DNA from: a virus
Taxonomy: Duplodnaviria > Heunggongvirae > Uroviricota > Caudoviricetes
Length of the DNA: 41,642 bases
Strand: one strand, 5' to 3'
Virus record (IMG/VR): IMGVR_UViG_2541047897_000010
Shown: in pieces, positions 16,851-26,856 of the stretch
Numbering within the stretch: the stretch's first letter is position 1
Layout: each line of letters begins with the position of its first letter
Program-made: the position numbers and the translations under genes
The notes under the pieces: model-generated
What the model was told of the DNA's origin: nothing
Databases searched by the model: none
What the model saw: only the letters and a program-made list of their open reading frames with translations

Positions 16851-16886
16851 CCCGCGAAAAATGAAATTTAACCAGGAGTGCCGCAT

Positions 16887-17372
16887 ATGGCTGGAACGGC
16901 GGGGCGTTCCGGGCGTCGCCCCAAGCCAACGGCGCGCAAGGCGCTGGCCGGAAACCCCGGCAAGCGAGCCCTGAATAAAGATGAACCTGTTTTTACGCCC
17001 ATCAAAGGTGTTGAGCCACCGGAGTGGTTCGCAGAAGAAAATCTCCCTCTCGCCACGATCATGTGGCAACTGACAACCAAAGAACTCTGCGGTCAGGGCC
17101 TGTTGTGCGTGACTGACCTCGCGGTGCTTGAGCGGTGGTGCGTGGCCTACGAGTTCTGGCGACGTGCCGTGAAAAATATTGCCAGACAGGGCAACACCAT
17201 CACCGGTGCAATGGGCGGCAGGGTCAAAAATCCGGAGCTGACCGCCAAAAAAGAACAGGAGTCCGAGATGAGCAGTACGGGGGCAATGCTCGGACTCGAC
17301 CCCAGCAGCCGCCAGCGTCTGATTGGCCTGGCGGGGAAGAAGAAAGCCACTAACCCGTTTCTGACAATCTGA
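16887..17372 (+). CDS. Terminase small subunit (P27-like)
   Basis: ATG 16887 with AGGAG SD; position before large terminase; basic N-terminus. Confidence 0.65.
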   Translation: MAGTAGRSGRRPKPTARKALAGNPGKRALNKDEPVFTPIKGVEPPEWFAEENLPLATIMWQLTTKELCGQGLLCVTDLAVLERWCVAYEFWRRAVKNIARQGNTITGAMGGRVKNPELTAKKEQESEMSSTGAMLGLDPSSRQRLIGLAGKKKATNPFLTI

Positions 17373-17385
17373 AAATCATCGAATC

Positions 17386-19119
17386 ATGAGCCGGAAATCT
17401 TACCCCAACGTAAATGCTGCCAATCAGTATGCCCGGAATGTCGTGCGCGGAAAGATTGTGGCCTGCCAGTTTGTGATTCAGGCCTGCCAGCGCCATCTTG
17501 ATGACCTGATGGCGGAAAAAAGTAAGTCGTTTCGTTACCGCTTCGACAAGGACCTGGCTGAACGGGCCGCGAAATTTATTCAGCTGTTGCCGCACACCAA
17601 GGGGGAGTGGGCATTCAAACGGATGCCCATCACGCTGGAGCCGTGGCAGCTATTTGTGATCTGCTGTGCGTTTGGCTGGGTCAATAAAGGCACCCGGTTG
17701 CGCCGCTTCCGGGAGGTGTACACCGAAATCCCCCGTAAGAACGGCAAATCAGCAATCTCTGCCGGTGTTGCCCTGTATTGTTTTGCCTGTGATAACGAGT
17801 TTGGCGCGGAAGTGTATTCCGGTGCCACGACAGAGAAACAGGCGTGGGAAGTCTTTCGCCCGGCGCGACTGATGTGTAAACGCACACCCATGCTGACGGA
17901 AGCGTTCGGGATTGAGGTTAACGCCTCAAACATGAACCGTCCGGAGGATGGCGCGCGGTTTGAACCGCTGATCGGCAACCCCGGTGATGGCTCATCACCC
18001 CACTGTGCGGTGGTGGATGAATATCACGAGCATGCCACCGATGCGCTTTATACCACAATGCTTACCGGGATGGGGGCGCGACGTCAGCCACTGATGTGGG
18101 CCATCACCACCGCCGGGTACAACATTGAGGGGCCGTGCTACGACAAGCGGCGGGAAGTCATCGAGATGCTCAACGGCTCGGTGCCTAACGATGAACTGTT
18201 CGGGATCATCTATACCGTTGATGAAGGTGACGACTGGACCGACCCGCAGGTGCTGGAAAAAGCCAATCCAAATATTGGCGTGTCGGTTTATCGCGAATTT
18301 TTGTTAAGTCAGCAGCAGCGTGCGAAAAATAACGCCCGTCTGGCAAACGTCTTTAAAACAAAACACCTCAATATCTGGGTGTCGGCGCGTTCGGCGTATT
18401 TCAACCTGGTGAGCTGGCAGAGCTGCGAGGATAAATCACTGACCCTTGAGCAGTTCGAGGGGCAGCCGTGCATTCTGGCCTTTGACCTGGCGCGTAAGCT
18501 GGATATGAACAGCATGGCGCGACTTTATACCCGCGAGATTGACGGTAAAACGCATTACTACAGTGTGGCCCCGCGCTTCTGGGTACCGTATGACACGGTG
18601 TACAGCGTCGAGAAAAATGAAGATAGACGGACAGCCGAACGCTTTCAGAAATGGGTGGAAATGGGCGTCCTGACCGTTACCGATGGTGCAGAGGTGGATT
18701 ATCGCTACATCCTCGAGGAGGCCAAAGCGGCGAACAAAATCAGCCCGGTCAGTGAGTCACCCATCGACCCCTTCGGGGCGACCGGGCTGTCACATGACCT
18801 TGCTGATGAAGATCTGAATCCCGTCACTATCGTCCAGAACTTCGCCAATATGTCCGATCCGATGAAAGAGCTGGAAGCAGCGATTGAATCGGGACGCTTT
18901 CATCATGACGGCAATCCCATCATGACCTGGTGTATCGGCAATGTGGTCGGCAAAAACATGCCAGGTAACGATGATGTGGTGAAGCCCGTCAAAGAGCAGG
19001 CGGAAAACAAAATCGATGGTGCAGTTGCGCTGATTATGGCGGTTGGCAGAGCCATGCTGTACGAGAAAGAAGACACGCTGTCTGACCACATTGAGTCCTA
19101 TGGGATCCGCTCGCTTTAA
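17386..19119 (+). CDS. Terminase large subunit
   Basis: 577 aa; ATPase Walker-type region and nuclease region; synteny terS-terL-portal. Confidence 0.85.
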
Positions 19120-19130
19120 CTGAGGTAATT

Positions 19131-19313
19131 ATGATCATGCTGATTCTCGCGCCTCTGGTGGGCGTGCTGGGGGCGCTTTTGCTGGCGTATGGTGCCTGGC
19201 TGATTTATCCCCCGGCGGGGTTTGTTGTTGCCGGGGCGTTGTGCCTGTTCTGGTCGTGGCTGGTGGCGCGATATCTCGACCGTACACAGTCGTCTGTCGG
19301 CGGAGGTAAATAG
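19131..19313 (+). CDS. Small hydrophobic membrane protein
   Basis: 60-aa ORF, two hydrophobic helices, between terL and portal. Confidence 0.35.
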
Positions 19314-20554
19314 TGTTCTTTTCGGGATTATTTCAACGAAAAAGTGACGCACCGGTGACCACGCCAGCAGAGCTGGCGGATGCTATCGGGTTGTCCTACG
19401 ACACCTATACCGGAAAGCAGATCAGCAGCCAGCGGGCCATGCGACTGACGGCGGTTTTTTCCTGTGTCAGGGTGCTGGCGGAGTCGGTCGGGATGTTGCC
19501 CTGCAATCTGTATCACCTGAACGGCAGCCTTAAACAGAGAGCCACCGGCGAACGTCTGCATAAGCTGATCTCCACGCATCCCAATGGCTATATGACGCCG
19601 CAGGAGTTCTGGGAGCTGGTGGTCACCTGTCTGTGCCTGAGGGGAAACTTTTACGCCTACAAAGTGAAAGCATTTGGCGAAGTGGCTGAACTGCTGCCCG
19701 TCGATCCCGGCTGTGTGGTACCGAAGCTTAACAGTAGCTGGGAACCGGTCTATCAGGTCACATTCCCGGATGGCTCCGCGGATGTACTGAGCCAGGAGGA
19801 TATCTGGCATGTGCGCACGCTGACGCTGGACGGACTGGTGGGGCTGAATCCCATCGCCTATGCCCGCGAGGCAATATCGCTGGCGGCAGCGACCGAAGAG
19901 CACGGGGCCAGACTGTTCAGCAATGGCGCGGTGACGTCGGGTGTGTTGCGTACAGAGCAGACGCTGTCAGATCAGGCTTATGAGCGCCTGAAGAAAGATT
20001 TTGAGGAGCGTCACACCGGGCTTGGCAATGCTCACCGCCCGATGATCCTTGAGATGGGGCTGGACTGGAAGTCGATGGCGCTGAACGCCGAGGACAGCCA
20101 GTTCCTGGAAACCCGCAAGTTTCAGCTTGAAGAAATCTGTCGTCTGTTCCGGGTGCCGTTGCACATGGTGCAGAACACCGATCGCGCCACCTTCAACAAT
20201 ATCGAAGAGCTGGGGCTGGGATTTATCAACTATTCACTGGTGCCGTATCTGACCCGCATCGAACAGCGGATCAACACCGGACTGGTACGAAAAAGTAAGC
20301 AGGGCGTTTATTACGCCAAATTTAACGCCGGGGCGTTACTGCGCGGGGATATGAAGTCCCGTTTTGAAGCCTACGCCACCGGGATCAACTGGGGAATTTA
20401 CTCTCCCAATGACTGCCGCGACCTGGAAGATATGAATCCACGACCCGGTGGTGATGTCTATCTCACACCGATGAACATGACCACGAAACCCTCCGATGGC
20501 AGTAAAGCCGGTAAGCAGAAGGATAACGCCAATGCAGACGAAACAACGTCTTGA
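19313..20554 (+). CDS. Portal protein (HK97 family)
   Basis: 413 aa; GTG start with GGAGG SD; synteny. Confidence 0.8.
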   Translation: MFFSGLFQRKSDAPVTTPAELADAIGLSYDTYTGKQISSQRAMRLTAVFSCVRVLAESVGMLPCNLYHLNGSLKQRATGERLHKLISTHPNGYMTPQEFWELVVTCLCLRGNFYAYKVKAFGEVAELLPVDPGCVVPKLNSSWEPVYQVTFPDGSADVLSQEDIWHVRTLTLDGLVGLNPIAYAREAISLAAATEEHGARLFSNGAVTSGVLRTEQTLSDQAYERLKKDFEERHTGLGNAHRPMILEMGLDWKSMALNAEDSQFLETRKFQLEEICRLFRVPLHMVQNTDRATFNNIEELGLGFINYSLVPYLTRIEQRINTGLVRKSKQGVYYAKFNAGALLRGDMKSRFEAYATGINWGIYSPNDCRDLEDMNPRPGGDVYLTPMNMTTKPSDGSKAGKQKDNANADETTS

Positions 20555-21182
20555 TGTACCGCTGAGTCTGAAATCTGTCAGTGACTCCGGTGAGTTTGAA
20601 GGGTATGGCTCCGTCTTTGGTGTAAAGGACAGCCACGATGATGTGGTGATGTCCGGGGCATTTGCTGCTTCCCTGCGGGCGTGGAGTGACAGAAAAGCGT
20701 TACCTGCGCTGCTCTGGCAGCACCGCATGGATGAACCCATCGGTGTTTACACCGAAATGAAGGAAGACGATGTCGGGCTTTACGTCAGGGGACGGTTGCT
20801 TATTGATGATGATCCCCTCGCAAAACGCGCACATGCACACATGAAGGCCGGTTCGTTAACCGGCCTTTCTATTGGGTACGTCCTGAAAGACTGGGAATAC
20901 GACCGGAGCAAAGAAGCCTTTCTGCTGAAAGAAATCGACCTCTGGGAAGTCAGCCTGGTGACGTTCCCGTCTAACGACGAGGCGCGGATCAGCGACGTCA
21001 AGAACGCACTGGCCCGCGGGGAAATCCCCGAACAGAAAAAAATCGAAAGAGTCCTGCGTGATGTCGGACTCTCCCGTACCCAGGCCAAAGCATTCATGGC
21101 CGGGGGCTATGGCGCACTGTCCCTGCGCGACGCTGAGGATGTGGGCTCTGCACTGAATGCACTGAAAAATCTGAACTTCTAA
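20532..21182 (+). CDS. Prohead maturation protease (HK97/S78 family)
   Basis: ATG 20532 overlapping portal 3' end; conserved N-terminal region GYGSVFG...D..V..GAF. Confidence 0.7.
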   Translation: MQTKQRLDVPLSLKSVSDSGEFEGYGSVFGVKDSHDDVVMSGAFAASLRAWSDRKALPALLWQHRMDEPIGVYTEMKEDDVGLYVRGRLLIDDDPLAKRAHAHMKAGSLTGLSIGYVLKDWEYDRSKEAFLLKEIDLWEVSLVTFPSNDEARISDVKNALARGEIPEQKKIERVLRDVGLSRTQAKAFMAGGYGALSLRDAEDVGSALNALKNLNF

Positions 21183-21196
21183 TCAGGAGAAATACG

Positions 21197-22402
21197 ATGG
21201 CGGTTGATATTAAAGATGTCGAACAGGTCGCGCAGGAGCTGCAGCAGAAGTTTGACGACTTCAAAGCAAAGAACGACAAGCGCGTGGATGCGATTGAGCA
21301 GGAAAAAGGCAAGCTTGCCGGGCAGGTGGAAACCCTGAACGGGAAACTCAGCGAGCTGGAAAATCTCAAAAGCGACCTTGAAAAAGAGCTGCTTGAGCTG
21401 AAACGTCCGGCAGGTGGTGCGCAAAATAAACTGGCCACCGAGCATAAAGAGGCGTTTGTGGGCTTCCTGCGTAAAGGCCGTGAAGACGGTCTGCGCGATC
21501 TGGAGCGTAAGGCATTGCAGGTGGGTACCGATGAAGACGGTGGCTACGCCGTGCCGGAAGAACTGGATCGCAACATTCTTAACCTGCTGAAAGATGAAGT
21601 GGTGATGCGTCAGGAAGCCACGGTGATCACCGTTGGCGGTTCCGACTACAAAAAACTGGTGAATCTGGGCGGTACGGCTTCCGGATGGGTGGGGGAAACG
21701 GATACGCGATCCCAGACTGCCACCTCCAGACTGGAGCTGATTGAACCTCTCATGGGGGAAATTTACGGCAACCCGCAGGCTACCCAGAAAATGCTGGACG
21801 ATGCCTTCTTCAACGTGGAGGCCTGGATCAACAGCGAGCTGGCAACCGAATTTGCCGAACAGGAAGAAATTGCCTTTACCTCAGGCGATGGCACCAAGAA
21901 GCCGAAAGGGTTCCTGGCGTATGAATCCACTGATGAAACCGACAAGGTCCGGGCGTTCGGCAAACTTCAGCATATTGTATCCGGCGAAGCGACCGCGGTG
22001 ACCGCAGACGCCATTATCAAACTGATTTACACGCTGCGTAAGGCACACCGCACTGGCGCGAAGTTCATGATGAACAACAACAGCCTGTTTGCCATCCGTC
22101 TGCTGAAAGACACCGAGGGTAACTATCTGTGGCGTCCTGGGCTGGAACTGGGGCAGCCATCCTCTCTGGCGGGTTACGGTATCGCTGAAAACGAGCAGAT
22201 GCCGGATATTGCCGCGGATGCGAAAGCCATTGCATTTGGTAACTTCAAACGGGGTTACACCATCGTTGACCGTATCGGTACCCGCATTCTTCGCGATCCG
22301 TACACCAATAAACCGTTTGTCGGTTTTTATACCACCAAGCGCACCGGCGGCATGCTGGTCGATTCGCAGGCCATCAAACTGCTGAAGATTGCAGCGGCGT
22401 AA
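21197..22402 (+). CDS. Major capsid protein (HK97 fold, N-terminal coiled-coil delta domain)
   Basis: 401 aa; coiled-coil N-terminus then capsid domain; follows protease. Confidence 0.8.
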   Translation: MAVDIKDVEQVAQELQQKFDDFKAKNDKRVDAIEQEKGKLAGQVETLNGKLSELENLKSDLEKELLELKRPAGGAQNKLATEHKEAFVGFLRKGREDGLRDLERKALQVGTDEDGGYAVPEELDRNILNLLKDEVVMRQEATVITVGGSDYKKLVNLGGTASGWVGETDTRSQTATSRLELIEPLMGEIYGNPQATQKMLDDAFFNVEAWINSELATEFAEQEEIAFTSGDGTKKPKGFLAYESTDETDKVRAFGKLQHIVSGEATAVTADAIIKLIYTLRKAHRTGAKFMMNNNSLFAIRLLKDTEGNYLWRPGLELGQPSSLAGYGIAENEQMPDIAADAKAIAFGNFKRGYTIVDRIGTRILRDPYTNKPFVGFYTTKRTGGMLVDSQAIKLLKIAAA

Positions 22403-22409
22403 TCACTCA

Positions 22410-22429
22410 GGGGCGCGGAACCGCGCCCC
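22410..22429 (+). promoter_or_regulatory. Strong GC hairpin just after the capsid gene (attenuator/mRNA stabiliser)
   Basis: GGGGCGCGG-AA-CCGCGCCCC, no trailing U-run. Confidence 0.35.
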
Positions 22430-22451
22430 CTGTTCTGACGGGTGAAGAATC

Positions 22452-22652
22452 ATGATCCTGAAACAAGATCTGAAATGGTCACCGGACGGTATGCGTGTTG
22501 AGGTCATTCGGGCCGGTGAGTATGACGACGGGGCGCTTCCTGCCCGGGTGCAGGAGATTGCACTTCAGGCCGGGTTAGCAGAGCGCGGAACCAGTGCAAA
22601 AAGCAGTAAAGCGACAAAAGAGAAAAAAGCCACGACCAGTAAAGAGGGCTGA
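22452..22652 (+). CDS. Hypothetical small head-associated protein
   Basis: 66-aa ORF with Lys/Ser-rich tail. Confidence 0.4.
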   Translation: MILKQDLKWSPDGMRVEVIRAGEYDDGALPARVQEIALQAGLAERGTSAKSSKATKEKKATTSKEG

Positions 22653-22654
22653 GT

Positions 22655-22978
22655 ATGCTTCTGACAATGGAAGAGATTAAAGCCCAACTCCGGCTGGATG
22701 AGGATTTCGATGCTGATGACCGCCATCTGCAACTGCTGGCCTGTGCGGCGCAAAAGCGGACGGAAACGTATCTGAACCGGAAGCTCTATGCTCCGGATGA
22801 AACCATTCCGGACAGCGATCCGGACGGGCTGCACCTGCCGGATGATATTCGTCTGGGGATGCTGATGCTTATCAGCCATTTTTACGAAAATCGCTCGTCG
22901 GTTACAGACGTTGAGAAAATGGAGTTGCCAATGAGCTTTAACTGGCTTGTCGGCCCGTACAGGTATTTCCCGCAATGA
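22655..22978 (+). CDS. Head-tail connector protein (gp6-like)
   Basis: N-terminal MEEIKAQLRLD motif recalled for Phage_connect_1. Confidence 0.6.
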   Translation: MLLTMEEIKAQLRLDEDFDADDRHLQLLACAAQKRTETYLNRKLYAPDETIPDSDPDGLHLPDDIRLGMLMLISHFYENRSSVTDVEKMELPMSFNWLVGPYRYFPQ

Positions 22979-23385
22979 AAATTCGTCAGGCGCAGACCAG
23001 CGCAACCTACATTCTGCCGGACCCCGGTGAACTGAATAAACGCGTCCTGATCCGCCAGCGGGTGGATATGCCCGCGGATAACTTTGGCGTGGAGCCTCAA
23101 TACCCGGTTACGTTCCGGACATGGGCGAAGGTTATCCAGACCAGTGCCACCACCTGGCAGGAAACCGCGCAGACCGGGGACGCCATCACCCATTACATCA
23201 CCATTCGTTACCGCCGGGGGATCACCGCTGATTATGAGGTGGTCTTCGGTGACAGTGTGTACCGGGTGAAACGTCAGCGCGATCTGAACGGGGCGCGGCG
23301 CTTTCTGCTGCTGGAGTGTACGGAGCTGGGCGAATGTAGGCAGAGTCACGGAGGCAACAATGACGACTTCCTTTTTGCACGTTGA
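22975..23385 (+). CDS. Head-tail joining / head closure protein
   Basis: 136 aa, pattern ITIRYRRGI...YRV resembling Phage_H_T_join. Confidence 0.55.
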   Translation: MKIRQAQTSATYILPDPGELNKRVLIRQRVDMPADNFGVEPQYPVTFRTWAKVIQTSATTWQETAQTGDAITHYITIRYRRGITADYEVVFGDSVYRVKRQRDLNGARRFLLLECTELGECRQSHGGNNDDFLFAR

Positions 23386-23866
23386 TTTTCAGCAGCCCGC
23401 GGAGATGCGCTTTAACCGCGCCCGTGTCCGGCGGGCGTTTGTCACGATTGGTCAGCGTCATATGCGTGATGCCCGTCGGCTGGTGATGCGCCGTGCGCGG
23501 TCGGCACCGGGTGAAAACCCCGGTTATCAGACCGGACGCCTGGCTCGTTCAATTGGTTACATGGTACCCAGAGCCAGTAAACATCGCCCTGGTTTTATGG
23601 CACGTATAGCCCCTAACCAGCGTAATGGAGAGGGAAACCGCCGTATCACCGGTGATTTTTATCCGGCTTTTTTGTTCTATGGCGTGAGGCGAGGGGCAAA
23701 GCGTCGTCGCGGCCATCATCGTGGTGCATCCGGTGGCAGCGGCTGGCGACTGGCTCCACGTAATAACTTCATGGTGGAAACTCTTGAAAAGAACCGCAGC
23801 TGGACACGCTATTTTCTGGCGCGGGAATTGCGTAAATCACTGAAGCCGGAGCGACGACACAGATGA
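23360..23866 (+). CDS. HK97 gp10-like tail component protein
   Basis: 168-aa basic protein; GGAGG SD; synteny. Confidence 0.5.
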   Translation: MTTSFLHVDFQQPAEMRFNRARVRRAFVTIGQRHMRDARRLVMRRARSAPGENPGYQTGRLARSIGYMVPRASKHRPGFMARIAPNQRNGEGNRRITGDFYPAFLFYGVRRGAKRRRGHHRGASGGSGWRLAPRNNFMVETLEKNRSWTRYFLARELRKSLKPERRHR

Positions 23867-24423
23867 AACTGACGCCCGTTATTGCTGCACTGCGTGCCCG
23901 CTGTCCGTATTTTGAAAACCGGGTGGCAGGCGCGGCACAGTTCAAAAATCTGCCGGAGGTCGGAAAGCTGAGACTCCCGGCGGCGTATGTGGTACCGGGT
24001 GATGATTCTCCGGGAGAAAACAAAAGCCAGACCGACTACTGGCAGGAGCTGAAAGAGGGTTTCTCCGTGGTTGTCATACTGAGTAACGGGCGTGATGAGC
24101 GCGGTCAGTTTGCCTCGTATGATGTGGTGGACGATGTCCGGCAGATGCTCTTTAAGGCTCTGCTGGGCTGGAACCCGGAGGCGTGCGGTAACCCGATTAC
24201 CTATGACGGCGGCACGCTGCTGGATCTGAATCGTCATGAGCTGATTTATCAGTTCGATTTTTCGGTCATCAGCGAGCTGACCGAAGACGATACCCGCCAG
24301 CAGGATGACCTGAACAGTCTGGATGAACTGCGAACGCTGGCGATTGATGTTGATTATCTCGATCCCGGTAACGGGCCTGACGGCGATATCGAACATCACA
24401 CCGAAATAACCCTTCCTACCTGA
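23863..24423 (+). CDS. Tail completion/terminator protein (Mu Gp37-like, tentative)
   Basis: 186 aa; position before DUF2635 and sheath. Confidence 0.45.
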   Translation: MKLTPVIAALRARCPYFENRVAGAAQFKNLPEVGKLRLPAAYVVPGDDSPGENKSQTDYWQELKEGFSVVVILSNGRDERGQFASYDVVDDVRQMLFKALLGWNPEACGNPITYDGGTLLDLNRHELIYQFDFSVISELTEDDTRQQDDLNSLDELRTLAIDVDYLDPGNGPDGDIEHHTEITLPT

Positions 24424-24431
24424 GAATCTTC

Positions 24432-24602
24432 ATGTTTGTGAAACCTGTTAAAGGGCGGTCAGTTCCTGACCCTGCCCGCGGCGACCTTTTGCCCGCCGAA
24501 GGGCGAAATGTTGACGAGAACAACTACTGGCTGCGCCGTGAAGCAGCGGGTGATATCCGGCGCGTGAATAAAAAGGTGAATACCGATGACGATAAGCTTT
24601 AA
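24432..24602 (+). CDS. DUF2635-like small protein preceding tail sheath (not in ORF track, under 60 aa)
   Basis: 56-aa ORF translated by hand (MFVKPVKGRSVPDPARGDLLPAEGRNVDENNYWLRREAAGDIRRVNKKVNTDDDKL); overlaps sheath start. Confidence 0.45.
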   Translation: MFVKPVKGRSVPDPARGDLLPAEGRNVDENNYWLRREAAGDIRRVNKKVNTDDDKL

Positions 24603-26082
24603 CACCATTCCGTCGAATACGCTGGTTCCGTTGTTTTATGCGGAAATGGATAACCAGGCGGCGAATACTGCACAGGACAGCGGAGCATCGCTGCTGATTG
24701 GTCATGCCAATAACGGTGCAGAGATTGTTGCCAACAGTCTGGTACTGATGCCGTCGGCAGACTATGCACGCCAGATTTGTGGTGCGGGAAGTCAGCTGGC
24801 GCGTATGGTCGAGGCTTATCGCCAGACTGACCCGTTTGGCGAGCTGTATGTGATTGCCGTTCCTGAATCCACAGGCGCGGCGGCAACAGTTACGCTGACG
24901 GTGACCGGGGCAGCAACCGAAACCGGCACGGTGAATGTTTATGTGGGACGTACCCGCGTGCAGGCACCGGTGACCAACGGCGATAACGTCGCGACGATTG
25001 CCAGCAGTATCAAAGATGCCATCAATGCCGTTCCGGCCCTGCCGTTTACGGCCTCATCTTCGGCTGGTGTGGTTACATTGACCGCTCGCCATAAGGGGCT
25101 TTGCGGGAATGAAATTCCTGTCAGCCTCAATTACTACGGCTTTGGTGGGGGCGAAGTGCTGCCAGCGGGCGTACAGATTGCCGTGGCGACGGGTACCGCC
25201 GGAACGGGTGCTCCGGTTCTCACCGGCGCGGTGGCTGCAATGGCGGATGAGCCGTTTGATTATATCGGCCTGCCGTTCAACGACACGGCCTCCGTTAACA
25301 CGCTGGTGACCGAGATGAACGATACCAGCGGTCGCTGGAGCTATGCGCGTCAGCTGTATGGTCATGTGTATACGGCAAAGATCGGCACGCTGTCAGAACT
25401 GGTGACCGCAGGTGACCAGTTTAACCAGCAGCACATTACCCTGGCGGGGTACGAAAAAGAGACCCAGACGCCTGCCGACGAGCTGGCGGCAAGCCGTACC
25501 GCCCGCGCAGCGGTGTTTATCCGCAACGATCCGGCACGTCCCACGCAGACCGGTGAGCTGGTGGGTATGCTGCCTGCGCCGAAGGGGAAACGGTTCACGA
25601 TGACCGAACAACAGACCCTGCTGTCTCATGGCGTGGCAACGGCGTATGTCGAAAGCGGGGTACTGCGCATTCAGCGTGATGTCACCACGTACAGGAAAAA
25701 CGCTTACGGGGTTGCGGATAACAGCTACCTCGACAGCGAGACGCTGCATACCAGTGCGTATGTACTGCGCAAACTGAAATCCGTCATTACCAGTAAGTAC
25801 GGGCGTCACAAGCTTGCCAGCGACGGTACCCGCTTTGGTCCCGGTCAGGCGATTGTCACCCCGGCGGTGATCAAAGGGGAACTGCTGGCAACCTACCGTC
25901 AGCTTGAGCGTGCGGGGATCGTGGAAAACTACGAACTTTTTAAGCAGTACCTGGTTGTGGAGCGTGATGCCAGCGATCCGAACCGCCTGAACACGCTGTT
26001 CCCGCCTGACTATGTTAACCAGTTGCGTGTCTTTGCCGTGGTTAACCAGTTCCGTCTTCAGTATTCAGAGGAGTCCGCATAA
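24586..26082 (+). CDS. Contractile tail sheath protein
   Basis: 498 aa; size and position typical of Mu gpL-like sheath. Confidence 0.8.
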   Translation: MTISFNTIPSNTLVPLFYAEMDNQAANTAQDSGASLLIGHANNGAEIVANSLVLMPSADYARQICGAGSQLARMVEAYRQTDPFGELYVIAVPESTGAAATVTLTVTGAATETGTVNVYVGRTRVQAPVTNGDNVATIASSIKDAINAVPALPFTASSSAGVVTLTARHKGLCGNEIPVSLNYYGFGGGEVLPAGVQIAVATGTAGTGAPVLTGAVAAMADEPFDYIGLPFNDTASVNTLVTEMNDTSGRWSYARQLYGHVYTAKIGTLSELVTAGDQFNQQHITLAGYEKETQTPADELAASRTARAAVFIRNDPARPTQTGELVGMLPAPKGKRFTMTEQQTLLSHGVATAYVESGVLRIQRDVTTYRKNAYGVADNSYLDSETLHTSAYVLRKLKSVITSKYGRHKLASDGTRFGPGQAIVTPAVIKGELLATYRQLERAGIVENYELFKQYLVVERDASDPNRLNTLFPPDYVNQLRVFAVVNQFRLQYSEESA

Positions 26083-26438
26083 TGGCCCGTATCGGGGGAA
26101 CCTGTTATTTCAAAATTGACGGTCAGCAGCTATCGCTGACCGGCGGCATTGAGGTGCCCATGAACAGGACGGTCAATGATGACATCATCGGCCTGGACGG
26201 TTCAGTGGACCGCAAGGAAACTCACCGTGCGCCTTATGTTAAAGAGACCTTCAAGGTGCCGAAGAATTTTCCGGTGAGCAAAATCACCTCGTCTGATGAG
26301 ATGACCATCACAGCCGAGCTGGCGAACGGTCAGGTCTATGTACTGTCGTCTGCCTGGCTGCACGGCGAAGCAAACCATAATGCCGAAGAAGGGACGGTTG
26401 ATCTTGAGTTCCACGGTGAAGAAGGGGATTACCAGTAA
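26082..26438 (+). CDS. Tail tube protein
   Basis: 118 aa immediately after sheath. Confidence 0.7.
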   Translation: MARIGGTCYFKIDGQQLSLTGGIEVPMNRTVNDDIIGLDGSVDRKETHRAPYVKETFKVPKNFPVSKITSSDEMTITAELANGQVYVLSSAWLHGEANHNAEEGTVDLEFHGEEGDYQ

Positions 26439-26707
26439 TGAAAGAGCTTGAGTTAAAGAAACCGATTACCGCTCATGGCGAGACACTCTCCGTACTGGAG
26501 TTTGATGAGCCCACCGGGAAAGATGTCCGCGAGCTGGGGTATCCCTACCAGATGAATCAGGATGAGTCCGTCAGACTTCTGGCGCATGTGGTATCGAAAT
26601 ACATTGTGCGGCTGGCGAAAGTGCCGCAAAGCTCTGTCGACCAGATGTCTCCGGCAGACCTGAATGCAGCGGCGTGGCTTGTGGCTGGTTTTTTCCTCCA
26701 GGCCTGA
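26438..26707 (+). CDS. Tail assembly chaperone (short form)
   Basis: 89-aa ORF between tube and tape measure with overlapping -1 frame ORF. Confidence 0.6.
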   Translation: MKELELKKPITAHGETLSVLEFDEPTGKDVRELGYPYQMNQDESVRLLAHVVSKYIVRLAKVPQSSVDQMSPADLNAAAWLVAGFFLQA

Positions 26708-26856
26708 CGGCTGAATACCTCACTGATCGCTTCTTTGACTGCGCCAGTTACTGGCGCATTAATCCTTTCGAATTGCTGAATATGCCGATCAGTGAAATTC
26801 CCTTACTGGTCAGTCAGGCAAACAGGATAGAGCAGGAGAAACGCACACATGGCTGA
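26438..26856 (+). CDS. Tail assembly chaperone, -1 programmed frameshift fusion product (slip at 26689-26695)
   Basis: Slippery heptamer T_TTT_TTC in zero frame; -1 frame ORF continues to 26856, overlapping tape measure start. Confidence 0.5.

Noticed and set aside
23809-24399. 196-aa minus-strand ORF
   Set aside because: Antisense to the tail completion gene within a tightly packed, co-directional late operon.
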